Origin: an uncultured Klebsiella sp.
Lineage (GTDB): Bacteria; Verrucomicrobiota; Verrucomicrobiia; Limisphaerales; SXTU01
Direction: 5' to 3'
Length of the DNA: 64,000 nucleotides
Assembly: GCA_964478755.1 (NCBI GenBank)
Contig: CAYZJP010000006.1
Location: 5,350-69,349, forward strand
Part shown: positions 25,770 to 35,227 of the stretch, piece by piece
How the letters are laid out: the number at the start of each line of letters is the position of its first letter
How positions within the stretch are numbered: the first letter of the stretch is position 1
Position numbers and translations under genes: made by a program
Notes under the pieces: model-generated
Database searches by the model: none
What the model was told of the DNA's origin: nothing
Seen by the model: only the letters and a program-made list of their open reading frames with translations

Positions 25770-26054
25770 TTACAGAACATTGCTTTTCACATGCGCCTCA
25801 TTTGGCTCGACCGCGATCACCCGCCCGCCCGCGCCCGCGCCCACGAGCAGGGACAGATGCAGCGCGTGTCCGCCCCAGTTTGTGCGCACATCCACCACCA
25901 CGTCTCCCGCCTGGACGAGCCGACCAAATGCCTGTTGCATCGGTTGTTCATGAGCAGAGTGCCAAGTCTCCATGCCCGTGATCGGGCTCACGCGGTAGCG
26001 CATCCCCCGCAGGGCCCGAACGCAATTCTGCGGACTGCACCATTGGGAAAGCAC
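25770..26054 (-). pseudogene. Truncated, degenerate FkbM methyltransferase remnant
   Basis: The 94-aa ORF contains GDVVVDVRTNWGGHALHLSLLVGAGAGGRVIAVEPN, a degraded version of the xDVGANIG...EP motif seen in the three intact FkbM genes. The reading frame ends after about one third of a normal FkbM protein. Confidence 0.65.
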
Positions 26055-26104
26055 AGCCGACGCACGAGATGTTTGAGAGGATTGTTCCGCATAGGCGAGC
26101 CTAA

Positions 26105-27253
26105 CTAGGCGGACTTTGCACAGTTCAACATGCGCAGCACGGGCGCGAACTGCGTCTCATAATTCCACTCATCAAGGATGCGTTGCCGCCCGCTGGCCCG
26201 TGCGGCTTCGGCCTCCACCGGGTGGTCGAGAAACCAGCTCACCGCCCCGGCGATGCTCCGGCCATCAGTCGGGTCGCAGGTGCGAGCGTAGCCCGGTTCC
26301 ACGAACAATGTGCGCCAGTCCGGAAGATCGGACACGAGTAGATTCAATCCGCAGGCGAGGTAGTCAAACGGCTTGTTCGATGCCCCGGTCATCGCGCGCA
26401 TGTTCAGGTCGCCGCTCGCAGCCGGCATGAAGGCGAGGCCGATGTCTGCACGAGCACAGTAGGGAAGCAAGTCGTGCCGACGACTGAACGCCCCGAGAAA
26501 TTTCACTCGTCCCGTTAAGTTCAGCCGCCCGGCTTCCGCCAAGAACTCCGTGATATAGTTGCGGTTGCCCTCGGTGGTGTATCCCGCGATTTCTAAGCTG
26601 ACGCGGTCTGGCAGTCGTGTGAGGGCGTGGACAACAGAGATTGGTAAGCGAAGCGCGTTGATCGAGCCGTGGTAAAAGAGCGTGCATCCGCCAACTCGTT
26701 TCCGTAATGGAAGCACATCGCGCTTGCCCGGGCAGTTCCAAACCGTCAGCACGGGGCACGCCGGGCGAACCGTCTCAGCAAATACTCGCGCCCGCTCCGC
26801 GTTGGGGAGCACGACGGCGGCGGCGCGCTGGCAGAGCCGGCGGCGCGCGCCAAGGATGCGGCGGAAGAAGGGCGTGGCATCGTTCACCGTCGGCGAATCA
26901 TGCTCATGGTAAATCACGCGCCGGCCTGGCAGCCGGCCGGCCAGCCAGGCCGCCGGGCACGTGAGAGGTTCGGACGCGTAAATCCATCGCGCACCGCTCC
27001 GCCACGAACGCCACCAAGTCCACAGGCAGAAGCCGGTGAAGTGCGCCTTCTGCCGCCAGCCGGGACCGGAGTAACGCCACCTCTCCGTGCGAATGCGCGG
27101 GTGCGGCTCAAATTGAAACGCATCCGCCTCGCCCAAAGCCCCGCTGCCGAGGAAGAGCACTTCCCAGCCGCAGTCAGCGAGAATCCGCGAGCTGTGCTCC
27201 AGAGGAGGATAGCCCGCCGGGTTGGTGTATTGGACATAGAGGATGCGCCTCAC
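26105..27253 (-). CDS. Glycosyltransferase (GT4-like)
   Basis: ORF 26105..27280. Start set to the GTG at 27253 (VRRILYVQYTNPAGYPP), which forms a GTGA overlap with the AT3 stop. Shows the GT-B C-terminal half. Confidence 0.7.
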   Translation of the reverse strand: MRRILYVQYTNPAGYPPLEHSSRILADCGWEVLFLGSGALGEADAFQFEPHPRIRTERWRYSGPGWRQKAHFTGFCLWTWWRSWRSGARWIYASEPLTCPAAWLAGRLPGRRVIYHEHDSPTVNDATPFFRRILGARRRLCQRAAAVVLPNAERARVFAETVRPACPVLTVWNCPGKRDVLPLRKRVGGCTLFYHGSINALRLPISVVHALTRLPDRVSLEIAGYTTEGNRNYITEFLAEAGRLNLTGRVKFLGAFSRRHDLLPYCARADIGLAFMPAASGDLNMRAMTGASNKPFDYLACGLNLLVSDLPDWRTLFVEPGYARTCDPTDGRSIAGAVSWFLDHPVEAEAARASGRQRILDEWNYETQFAPVLRMLNCAKSA

Positions 27254-28374
27254 GCCGGCTGCCTCCGCGCGGTGAACCATCCGTTCACGATCCTCCGGAC
27301 TTCCTCCGTGCGCCGCTCAAACAGCCACCAGACCAGATGTGATCCCGCGAGCGTGAGCGCCACGACGCCGGCATAGACCGCGAAGCCCACCGCGCCGGGC
27401 TGCCATTGCCGGCCTTGCAGCACGCCGAAGGAAAGGAAGGCGAGGAACGGGAAGTGAAAGAGGTAGAGCGTGTAGGAGGTGTTGCCAAAATACCGCGCCG
27501 GCCCGCGCCACCAACCGGTCCCGCCCGTGTCCGCCGCCAGCCGCGGCAACGTGGCCGCAAAGGCTGGCGCGATCCAGTAGTCCGCGCCCGCCAGCCCGCG
27601 CCACCGGTTCCACAAGAGCACGCCGCCCAAGCCAAGCAGCGCGCCCCAGAACACCGGAGCCGAGCGCGCCAGCTTTGCAATGCGCGAACGGCTGAACACG
27701 TAGGCCGCATATCCCGCCAGCCACATCAGGCCTGCGAGCAGAAAACCAACCGGCAGGAACACACCCGCCGCCAGCAGCAGCACGAGGAAGAACAGCCGTC
27801 CTCGCACGGGAGTCGTTCGGTGGCACATCGCGAATCCGAGGGGAAACATCAGATAATACCAGAACTCGTTCGCGAGCGACCACAGCGGGCCGTTGCTCCC
27901 GAAGGTCCGCACGACGATGGTTTGCAGAAAGCAGACATTGCCGAGCAGGGCGAGGACGCCGCTGTCCGCCGGCTCCGCCGTCGAGGGGCCGGAATGGATT
28001 CGCTCGTAATAGCGGCCATCGTAGCCCGCCCCGCCGCTCAACGTCCCGCCGGCCAGGTCCCAGCCCAGCGTCAGCGCCAGCGCCGGCAGCAGCACCAGCC
28101 AGAGCCGCGTCATCCGCCGCAGCGCGTAGTCCCCGAAGCTCCACCGGTTCGTCGCGAACCGCTCATGCACCGCGCCGCCGATCAGAAAGCCGCTCAGGAC
28201 AAAGAAGATGACCACGGCCTGGTGGCCGAAGCCCGTCAGCCCGTAGAAGGCGTCCGTCACGACGTTGCGCTCGGACACGGCGAAGTGTTCCACGAAGAGA
28301 AACGCGCGCAGGTGGCCGAGCAGGACCGCCAGCGCCGCCATGCCCCGCACGAGGTCAAGCTTGTCGAGCCGCAT
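27250..28374 (-). CDS. Acyltransferase family 3 (AT3) membrane O-acyltransferase
   Basis: 374 aa, MRLDKLDLVRGMAALAVLLGHL, polytopic, with no SGNH domain. G+C is much higher than in the paralogue at 7789. Confidence 0.85.
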   Translation of the reverse strand: MRLDKLDLVRGMAALAVLLGHLRAFLFVEHFAVSERNVVTDAFYGLTGFGHQAVVIFFVLSGFLIGGAVHERFATNRWSFGDYALRRMTRLWLVLLPALALTLGWDLAGGTLSGGAGYDGRYYERIHSGPSTAEPADSGVLALLGNVCFLQTIVVRTFGSNGPLWSLANEFWYYLMFPLGFAMCHRTTPVRGRLFFLVLLLAAGVFLPVGFLLAGLMWLAGYAAYVFSRSRIAKLARSAPVFWGALLGLGGVLLWNRWRGLAGADYWIAPAFAATLPRLAADTGGTGWWRGPARYFGNTSYTLYLFHFPFLAFLSFGVLQGRQWQPGAVGFAVYAGVVALTLAGSHLVWWLFERRTEEVRRIVNGWFTARRQPA

Positions 28375-29194
28375 GGGGTTGGGGGGATTCCCGCCGCGCC
28401 ACGACCTCGCCGTAGTTCTCGATCCGTCGCACCGGCGCGCCGTCGAGATGCTCGACCACGTAGCCGTGCCGGGCCAGCCGGTTTAGCAGGGAATCGCTGC
28501 TGGTGCCGCAGTAATGCCAGTTGTAGGGATGCACTTCTATGTAGATTCGGCGCGGGGATCGAGCGGCATCACGCAGCAGGGTATCCGCACCTTCGAGAAC
28601 CTCTTCTTCGAAGCCCTCCACGTCCACCTTGAGGATGTCCACGCGACGGTTTGCAAAATAGGTATCCAGCCGCATCACTGGCACTTCATGGGAGCCGGGT
28701 GTGCCTGCGGGCACGATCTGGTTCTGAATATCCTTCCCCCCGCTGAAGCTGATGCGTCCGTCCTGCGCGCCGACCGCCGCGTTGACAACCGTCAATTGCG
28801 ACTCCACTCCGTTGAACTTTGCATGAGTTTCCACCCATCTGTGATTCGCTGGATCAGGCTCAAACGCGATCACCCGCCCACCAGCTCCCACGCGTTTGGC
28901 TAACGCCACGGCATAAAGCCCAATGTGCGCACCCACATCTGCCACGGTATCGCCAGCCCGAAGATGGGACATGACGTGCCGCCACACGTCCGGCTCGTAG
29001 CTTTCGCCAAGATTGCGAAAGCGCGGCGCGATCAACATCCGGTCGGTGCCGTTGAGGTTGCGCTCCAGTCCTCGACGACCCAGACCGTTGACGATCCGGT
29101 CGTAAGCCGGCCGCGCCGCGTTCCACAACCAGTCCGCACGCTTCAGCCACACGCTGTGCCGCAGCCGCACACACGCCTGTTCAATCGCGTTCAT
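28355..29194 (-). CDS. FkbM family methyltransferase
   Basis: Motifs VADVGAHIGLYA, IAFEPDP and LKVDVEGFE. Confidence 0.85.
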   Translation of the reverse strand: MNAIEQACVRLRHSVWLKRADWLWNAARPAYDRIVNGLGRRGLERNLNGTDRMLIAPRFRNLGESYEPDVWRHVMSHLRAGDTVADVGAHIGLYAVALAKRVGAGGRVIAFEPDPANHRWVETHAKFNGVESQLTVVNAAVGAQDGRISFSGGKDIQNQIVPAGTPGSHEVPVMRLDTYFANRRVDILKVDVEGFEEEVLEGADTLLRDAARSPRRIYIEVHPYNWHYCGTSSDSLLNRLARHGYVVEHLDGAPVRRIENYGEVVARRESPQPHAARQA

Positions 29195-30539
29195 GTCTTA
29201 CGTCCCTCACCAGCCGTCGGTAAAGCACTGCCATCTCGCCCGCCGCCGCCGTCATCGTGCGCGGGGGCCGGATGTTCGCCCGCAACGCATCCAACCGCCT
29301 GCGATCCACCACCAAACCCCGCAGCGCAGCGGTCCAGTCCGCCTCCTGCGCTGCTTCGACCAGCAGGCCGTCCACCCCGTCGCGGACCAGTTCCGCAATG
29401 CCGCCAAGATGTGAGCCGAGAACGGGCACCCCGGCCGCGAAGGCTTCGAGCACCACCATTGGCCCTGTTTCCAGCCATTGGGAAGGCACGGCGAGCAGAT
29501 CATATCCGCGCAGAGTTTCCACCACCCGGCTGGCGGGCACGGACGAACGGAAATTGATGCGCGGGTCGCTCGCAGCGAGCTGCCGTAGCGAGTCTGCGTA
29601 AGCTTCTCCCACAGCCCCTTGGGCGATCCCGTAAACGTCCGCCGACAACTTCATCGTCGGCAGCCCTCGCACCGCTCGCACCAGCACATCAACGCCCTTT
29701 GTGCGATCCAGCCGGCCGAAAAAGGCGATGCGCAATGGCGGCTCCGCGATATCCCCTTCAGCTTTCGGTTTTCCGGTTTCCGCTCTGGCACGGCACGGCT
29801 CCTGGCACAAACCCTGTCGCGACAAGGTGATCTTCTCCGCCGGCACGTCGTTGCGAAGCAAAACCGCCCGCACCCATTCGCACACAGCCACAATGTGGTC
29901 CGCCTCGGCTAGAAACTCACGCGCACACCGTTGCCGCAGTGCTGTCAATTCTCTCGCCCTGACAGCCGTCCAAATCCCGCCCCGCATCCCGGCGCGACCA
30001 CACAGTTCGCCGGCAGCCGCCGGCACCGCTTCCAACGCCTGAACCGCCAGACGGTTCCCCCCCGCCCCCCCCAACGCCCCATCGCCGCCACAGCCCCCCG
30101 CCCATCCCCCGTCCCCCCCCTCCCCACCCCCCCCCCCCCCCGTGCCGCGCTGGCACGTGGCTGTGGGCGTGTGGTAGGTGTAAACCACCGGAATACGCCG
30201 CCGCCGAGCGGCCCGCAGCATCCGCAGCGAAACCCCACGCGTCTGAGCGTGCAGATGCACGACGGCCGGTCGTTCCTCATCAAGCACGCGCTCGAAACTC
30301 ACCGCAGCCATCGGATCCCCTTCTCCATAGAGGTCACGCAAATCGGAAATCTCCTCATTGAGACCATACCGCCGCACTCGCAAGCCAGCGTGCTCCTCCA
30401 CCGTCTCCCGTGCTGCCGGCGCGGCGATCACCGACTCGACGCCGCACTCGGCCAATCGCTGCGCGAGCGCTTCAACGTAAACCTCCGTCCCCCCGACCAC
30501 ATCAGGATAGAAGGCGAAGGGCACTTGGAGAACCTTCAC
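29181..30539 (-). CDS. Glycosyltransferase family 4 carrying an internal Gly-rich low-complexity segment
   Basis: ORF 29181..31019 trimmed to the GTG at 30539 (VKVLQVPFAFYPDVVGGTEVY), a GTGA overlap with the upstream stop. C-terminal motif ETGPMVVLEAFAAGVPVL. The central stretch GTGGGGGGEGGDGGWAGGCGGDGALGGAGG is encoded by the G-run tract. Confidence 0.75.
   Translation of the reverse strand: MKVLQVPFAFYPDVVGGTEVYVEALAQRLAECGVESVIAAPAARETVEEHAGLRVRRYGLNEEISDLRDLYGEGDPMAAVSFERVLDEERPAVVHLHAQTRGVSLRMLRAARRRRIPVVYTYHTPTATCQRGTGGGGGGEGGDGGWAGGCGGDGALGGAGGNRLAVQALEAVPAAAGELCGRAGMRGGIWTAVRARELTALRQRCAREFLAEADHIVAVCEWVRAVLLRNDVPAEKITLSRQGLCQEPCRARAETGKPKAEGDIAEPPLRIAFFGRLDRTKGVDVLVRAVRGLPTMKLSADVYGIAQGAVGEAYADSLRQLAASDPRINFRSSVPASRVVETLRGYDLLAVPSQWLETGPMVVLEAFAAGVPVLGSHLGGIAELVRDGVDGLLVEAAQEADWTAALRGLVVDRRRLDALRANIRPPRTMTAAAGEMAVLYRRLVRDVRHERD
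30057..30141 (-). repeat. G-run tract (G15, G4, G8, G5, G3, G6 ... G4, G8, G7 on the coding strand)
   Basis: The plus strand shows C runs: 15 C at 30127-30141, 8 C at 30113-30120, 8 C at 30065-30072, 7 C at 30057-30063 and several shorter ones. The run count and frame were checked against the translated ORF. Confidence 0.9.
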
Positions 30540-31531
30540 ACGGGCTGGCGAATCGCCGGGGTTCCCCGCCCAAGCAGGCGTTTGATCTGCTCGTAGAATC
30601 CGCGGCCCATCAGGGTGCCGGCCAGATGCCGCGCAACACCGGGCCGGAACAGCCATTGCGGTTGACGCCGCAAAGCCTCCCAATAGCAGCGCCGTGCGTC
30701 CGCGTCGTGATGCACGCCGAAATACTTCTCGGCAAAATCCACGTAGTGACTGGCGTAGGTGCCGGACTTGGCCAGCCACTTGGCCCGCTCCAGTGCGGGG
30801 TCCGCCTCGGTCTCGCTGAACACTTTGTCCAGCACCCACAGCACCGACGGTTCCTCGCTCTTGTTGAGCACCACCATATGATGATGATTCTGTGAGTGGA
30901 CGCGATAATCCGCCACCACCTCGTTGACGTAATAGTATTCGTGCCGGCGGGCTAGCATCACGTTGAAATACCAATCGTTGAACGCCAGCCCGTCCGGCAA
31001 GGGGCACGCGGACATCCACGCCTCGCGCCGCGCGATGGCCGTTGGGCGGCAGCTGTAGTTTTTCCTGAGGATGCGCAGCAGCTCATTGCCCTTGCGGTCG
31101 TGGGCGCCAAATTCGGAGCCGATCTTTGGCTGCGTAATTACTCCCTGCTCGTTGATGAGCGCCACGTCGCCAAAGACCAACCCCACCTCGGGATGGGCCT
31201 CGAGTTTGGGCACGGTCGCGGCCAGAAAGCCAGGCCGGTGGCGGTCATCGGGGTCAACGCGGACCAGGTATTTGCCCCGCGCCTCTCTCAGCCCTCGGTT
31301 GACCGTGACGATGTGGCCATGGTTCTTCTCGTGGACGATGACGCGCAGGCGCGGGTCGGCAAACTCGCGCAGAATCTCGAGTGTATTGTCCTTCGAACCG
31401 TCATCCACGGCGATGATCTCGAAGTCCTGACAACCCTCCTGTGCGATGATGCCGCTCAGACAGTCCGGCAGAAAGCGCCCGTAGTTGTAACACGGGACGA
31501 CGAATGAGACCAAAGGGACGCCACTGCTCAT
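30536..31531 (-). CDS. Glycosyltransferase family 2
   Basis: ORF 30536..32074 trimmed to the ATG at 31531 (MSSGVPLVSFVVPCYNYGRFL), an ATGA overlap with the upstream stop. Motifs IAVDDGSKDNT and VDPDD. Confidence 0.85.
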   Translation of the reverse strand: MSSGVPLVSFVVPCYNYGRFLPDCLSGIIAQEGCQDFEIIAVDDGSKDNTLEILREFADPRLRVIVHEKNHGHIVTVNRGLREARGKYLVRVDPDDRHRPGFLAATVPKLEAHPEVGLVFGDVALINEQGVITQPKIGSEFGAHDRKGNELLRILRKNYSCRPTAIARREAWMSACPLPDGLAFNDWYFNVMLARRHEYYYVNEVVADYRVHSQNHHHMVVLNKSEEPSVLWVLDKVFSETEADPALERAKWLAKSGTYASHYVDFAEKYFGVHHDADARRCYWEALRRQPQWLFRPGVARHLAGTLMGRGFYEQIKRLLGRGTPAIRQPV

Positions 31532-32238
31532 GCCAGCCAGTCCAAGGAAGCCTGCTTGATCACCCGCGCCGGCACTCCCGCCACGGTCGCGCCGTCCGGC
31601 ACATTCCGAATGACAACCGCACCCGCTCCAACGATGGCGTCGCGCCCGATGGTGATCTTTTCCTTCACCACCGCGCCTGCGCCGATGAACGCACCATCGC
31701 CCACGTTTACGTTGCCGCACAGCGTGGCGGCAGGATTGATGTTTACGAAGTCGCCGATCACGCAGTCGTGGGAAACGGATGCCTTCACGTTTAGGATGCA
31801 ATGCCGGCCCACGCGCACACGTGTGGTGAGGATCACGTTGGGCGCGAGCAACGTGCCCTCGCCGACCGTCACGTCGTAACCAATCTGCGCCGTCGGGTGC
31901 CGCAGCGTCCACGGACGGAGGTTCGCCTGGCGCAGGGCTTCGACCGCATGCACGATTTTCAACCGCACGGCATTGTTGCCAAAGGCGGTGATAAAATACA
32001 GCGCTCCGCGCAGTCGCGCGCGGGCCAGCTTTTCCAACGCGGGCAGCCCACCATGCACCTCGCTGTCCAGCCAAGGCCCGACCGCGCGGCTGTCGTCAAT
32101 GAAGCCCAGCAACCGGATGCGCTCCTTCGCCGCACGGAGATCGGCGAGATACGAACGCACTTCGCTGCCATGACCGCCAGCCCCGATGATAAGAACAGCC
32201 ACCTCCGAAATGCGCGGGGACGGGCTTTTCGTTTTCAC
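31528..32238 (-). CDS. NeuD/PglD-type sugar N/O-acetyltransferase (left-handed beta-helix)
   Basis: ORF 31528..32361 trimmed to the GTG at 32238. N-terminal Rossmann-like LIIGAGGHGSEV, then hexapeptide repeats ending in VPDGATVAGVPARVI. Confidence 0.8.
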   Translation of the reverse strand: MKTKSPSPRISEVAVLIIGAGGHGSEVRSYLADLRAAKERIRLLGFIDDSRAVGPWLDSEVHGGLPALEKLARARLRGALYFITAFGNNAVRLKIVHAVEALRQANLRPWTLRHPTAQIGYDVTVGEGTLLAPNVILTTRVRVGRHCILNVKASVSHDCVIGDFVNINPAATLCGNVNVGDGAFIGAGAVVKEKITIGRDAIVGAGAVVIRNVPDGATVAGVPARVIKQASLDWLA

Positions 32239-32261
32239 GCGGTATTGCTCGCGTCCACTGG

Positions 32262-33314
32262 TCAGCGCGTCACTGGGGCCATGCTGCGGGCCATGGACTC
32301 CATCAGGCCAACGAACTCCTTGTGATTCGCATCGCCGAACTGGGTCAGTTCCTTCATCCACTTGGCGTTGCGGTAGAAGATGGACTCGGGGTCCTGGATG
32401 CCGCCGTTGGTGATGGCATCCACGATTTCCTCGGCACCGAGGGCCACGTTCACGCGCGGCTGGAAGCCGGCCGCCTTCATGCGCGCGGTCGAGACATGGT
32501 AGTTGCGCGCGTCCTTGTCCGACGTGTCGAGATACTTGGGCTTCACGTGCGGGTTGATCCGCCGGAAGATGTCCACCAGGTCCACCACGCGCAGGTTCTC
32601 ATGCGCGATGTTGCAAACCAGGTGCTCCGTCCCCTTGGCCTCCGCGAAATGGACGAACGCGCGCGCGCAGTCCGAGATGTGCAGAAAGGGCCGCCATTGC
32701 AGGCCGTCGCCGAAGATGCGCACCTCGTTGTAGAGCGTGCTCATGAAGGCGAAGATGTTAATAACGAGGTCGAACCTCATGCGCGGCGAGTAGCCGTAGA
32801 GCGTGCCGTTACGCAGACTCACGGGCCGCCAGTCCGGAGTAGCAATCGAGGCGAGGAAGCGGTCCGAGTTGACTTTGGAGTGGGCATAGGCGGTAAGCGG
32901 ATTCACGAGGCCGGTCTCGTCCACTTCGCCGGGCGCCTCGCCATACACCGAGCACGACGACGAGAAAAGGAAACGTGCGCCACGGGCCTTCGCCGCCTCT
33001 GCGAGCGCCTGCGTGGCCTGGAAGTTGACCTGCTCGGTGAGCACGGGGTTCAGCTCCGCCGACGGGTCGTTCGAGATGGCCGCGAGGTGAATGACGCAGT
33101 CAATGTTCTCCAGCGCGCGCGCGCATTCCTGCTTGTCCTGCGTGAAGCGCCGCACGTCCTCACGGATAAGTTCGATGCCCGGTCGCAAGGTGCGCAGGTG
33201 CGAAGTGCCAAAGTAGCCAACGTCCACCACACGGACTTTATGGCCGCGGGCGAGCAATTTGGGGACCAACACGGAGCCGAGATAACCAGCCCCACCAGTG
33301 ACGAGGATGTTCAT
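32262..33314 (-). CDS. NAD-dependent sugar epimerase/dehydratase (extended SDR)
   Basis: MNILVTGGAGYLGS with the catalytic motif YAHSK. Start is the ATG at 33314. Confidence 0.85.
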   Translation of the reverse strand: MNILVTGGAGYLGSVLVPKLLARGHKVRVVDVGYFGTSHLRTLRPGIELIREDVRRFTQDKQECARALENIDCVIHLAAISNDPSAELNPVLTEQVNFQATQALAEAAKARGARFLFSSSCSVYGEAPGEVDETGLVNPLTAYAHSKVNSDRFLASIATPDWRPVSLRNGTLYGYSPRMRFDLVINIFAFMSTLYNEVRIFGDGLQWRPFLHISDCARAFVHFAEAKGTEHLVCNIAHENLRVVDLVDIFRRINPHVKPKYLDTSDKDARNYHVSTARMKAAGFQPRVNVALGAEEIVDAITNGGIQDPESIFYRNAKWMKELTQFGDANHKEFVGLMESMARSMAPVTR

Positions 33315-33327
33315 GTTAGAATTGCAA

Positions 33328-34080
33328 TCAGTCTTTCCGGGCCAGGCACCAGAGATGGGTGTCTTCAGGACGAACAAAGGTTGAGAGAACTGTCAGGCCG
33401 GCCGTTTTCACCGCCTCCCGCAAATCTTCATCCCGATATTTGTTGCCGTTGAATTCGGCCGGTTCGCCCGGTTGCCAGCGATGGGTGTCGGCGCGTTTGA
33501 GGCCCGTTTTGTAGAGCAGTTTCGCAGCGCGCCCCCCCAGCGAATCGCCGAACATGGTATCAGGATCCAAGCAACGCACGTCGAAGCGAAACAGCCCGCC
33601 CGATTTGAGCGTGCGATGCACCTCACGGAGGTAGTTCAGGATGATGCCGCCGTCGAAGATATGGATGAACACATCCACCGAGTAGGCGAAGTCAACCGTC
33701 CCGCCCGGGACCATGCCCAGGTCGTAGCCAGTGTTCACATACAACGAGAGTCGTGGGTCTGCGCCGGTGTTCTTTCGGGTGTAACCAATCATGGTCTCCG
33801 AAATGTCCACGCCGTAGAGCTTGCTGAATTTCACCCGCTTCTGCATCTGGCGAATCATGCGGCCCACCCCGCAGCCGACCTCCAGCAACACCGGCTGGGC
33901 GGAAAGCTGGATGTCTCTCAAGAGGATGTCCCCCGTGCTCTCGGCCAAGGCCAGGAATTTGGCCTCGTCGCCCTTGGACACGGTGTCCACCCGCGCAAAT
34001 GTTGCCTCGCGCTCATCGTTGGTGTTCCAGAATTTCCGCTGCTGTGCGGCGTAGGCTTCAAAATTTGGGTCAGCACTCAT
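33328..34080 (-). CDS. Class I SAM-dependent methyltransferase
   Basis: Motifs LLEVGCGVGR and LKSGGLF. The start is the ATG at 34080 or the one at 34113. Confidence 0.8.
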   Translation of the reverse strand: MSADPNFEAYAAQQRKFWNTNDEREATFARVDTVSKGDEAKFLALAESTGDILLRDIQLSAQPVLLEVGCGVGRMIRQMQKRVKFSKLYGVDISETMIGYTRKNTGADPRLSLYVNTGYDLGMVPGGTVDFAYSVDVFIHIFDGGIILNYLREVHRTLKSGGLFRFDVRCLDPDTMFGDSLGGRAAKLLYKTGLKRADTHRWQPGEPAEFNGNKYRDEDLREAVKTAGLTVLSTFVRPEDTHLWCLARKD

Positions 34081-35227
34081 GAGGGTTGGGAGGCGAGGGT
34101 TTTTTCTTGGCAAAGTATTCTTGCACCACGCTGAAAAGGCGGTCCATCTCCGTCTCGCTCATGACAGTGTGGATGGGAAGAGAGACCACGTTGTCCTTGA
34201 TGGCGTTGGTGAAGCTCAAATCCTGCTGCCGGTAACGGCCCCGGTAGAATTTCAGATCATGCGTGGCGGTGTAGTAGCGGCGCACGGCAATGTTCTTGCC
34301 GCCCATGTGGCGCACGAACTCCGTCGCTTCCTCGTTGAGGACGATCGGGAAATAGAGATACGGGCAGGTCACCTCGGGCGTGACCCGCATCTGCCGCAGC
34401 ATCCCACGCGACTCCAGCCCACCAAAGAACTCGCGATAATGCGCCGCGTTTTTCGCCCGGCTCGTCAAAATGAAGTCAATCTTCTCCAAGTTGCGCAGGC
34501 CCACCAGCGCACACACCTCGGTCATCTTGGAGTTCAATCCCGGAATGTCCACGTCGCCCCGGGTCTTCTCATACTGGCCAAAATCCCGAAGTCGGAGCAG
34601 GTAGTCCGCGATCTCCGGATCGCTGACAACATTACCGCCACCCTCCATCGAATTGAACACCTTCGTCGCGTGGAAGCTCACCATCTCGCTGAAACCGTAG
34701 GCACACGGAAACTTGTTGTTATACTTGGAGCCAAAAGCCGGCGCGTTGTCGAGCAAGACGGCGAGGTTCTGCGCCTTGGCCAGCGCGCCGAGTTTCTCCA
34801 AATCCACCAAGTTTCCGTAGGCCCCCACAGGCATGATCATCCGGATGTTGGGCGAGTCGGCCACGGCCTTGTCCAAGTCGAGCACCAAGCCCGCGTCCAC
34901 GTCGCAGAATACCGGCTTCAGGTTGTTGGTGACCAGCGCGTTGATCGTGCCGGAGAAGGTGAAGGACGGCACGAGCACCTCGAACGAGTCGTGCGGGCCA
35001 GCGCCGAGTTTGTGTTTCCACGCCTGAATGAGGTGGAAGAGGGCCAACTCGCCGTTGCAGTTGACCGACGGCCTGATTGGGCAGCCGAAGAACTCCTGCA
35101 GCTTCGCCTCAAACTGGCGGACATGCGGCGAATTGTTGGTGACCATCCCGGACTGGAGACACTGGGCAAACTCGGCCGAAAGCTCGGCTAGGTCCGGCAT
35201 GAAGGGGCGGACGATGTTGATCTGCAT
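34070..35227 (-). CDS. DegT/DnrJ/EryC1/StrS family sugar aminotransferase
   Basis: 385 aa with the PLP-lysine region SFHATKVFNSMEGG. Confidence 0.9.
   Translation of the reverse strand: MQINIVRPFMPDLAELSAEFAQCLQSGMVTNNSPHVRQFEAKLQEFFGCPIRPSVNCNGELALFHLIQAWKHKLGAGPHDSFEVLVPSFTFSGTINALVTNNLKPVFCDVDAGLVLDLDKAVADSPNIRMIMPVGAYGNLVDLEKLGALAKAQNLAVLLDNAPAFGSKYNNKFPCAYGFSEMVSFHATKVFNSMEGGGNVVSDPEIADYLLRLRDFGQYEKTRGDVDIPGLNSKMTEVCALVGLRNLEKIDFILTSRAKNAAHYREFFGGLESRGMLRQMRVTPEVTCPYLYFPIVLNEEATEFVRHMGGKNIAVRRYYTATHDLKFYRGRYRQQDLSFTNAIKDNVVSLPIHTVMSETEMDRLFSVVQEYFAKKKPSPPNPHEC

Noticed and set aside
29181-31019. The full 612-aa ORF as the GT4 protein. The long N-terminal extensions of ORFs 30536..32074, 124..2172, 12318..13634 and 16158..17582 raise the same question.
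   Set aside because: The extensions overlap the well-supported upstream genes in another frame, are Arg/Gly-rich, and precede conserved family N-termini that sit right at stop/start overlap positions. Starts were trimmed accordingly.
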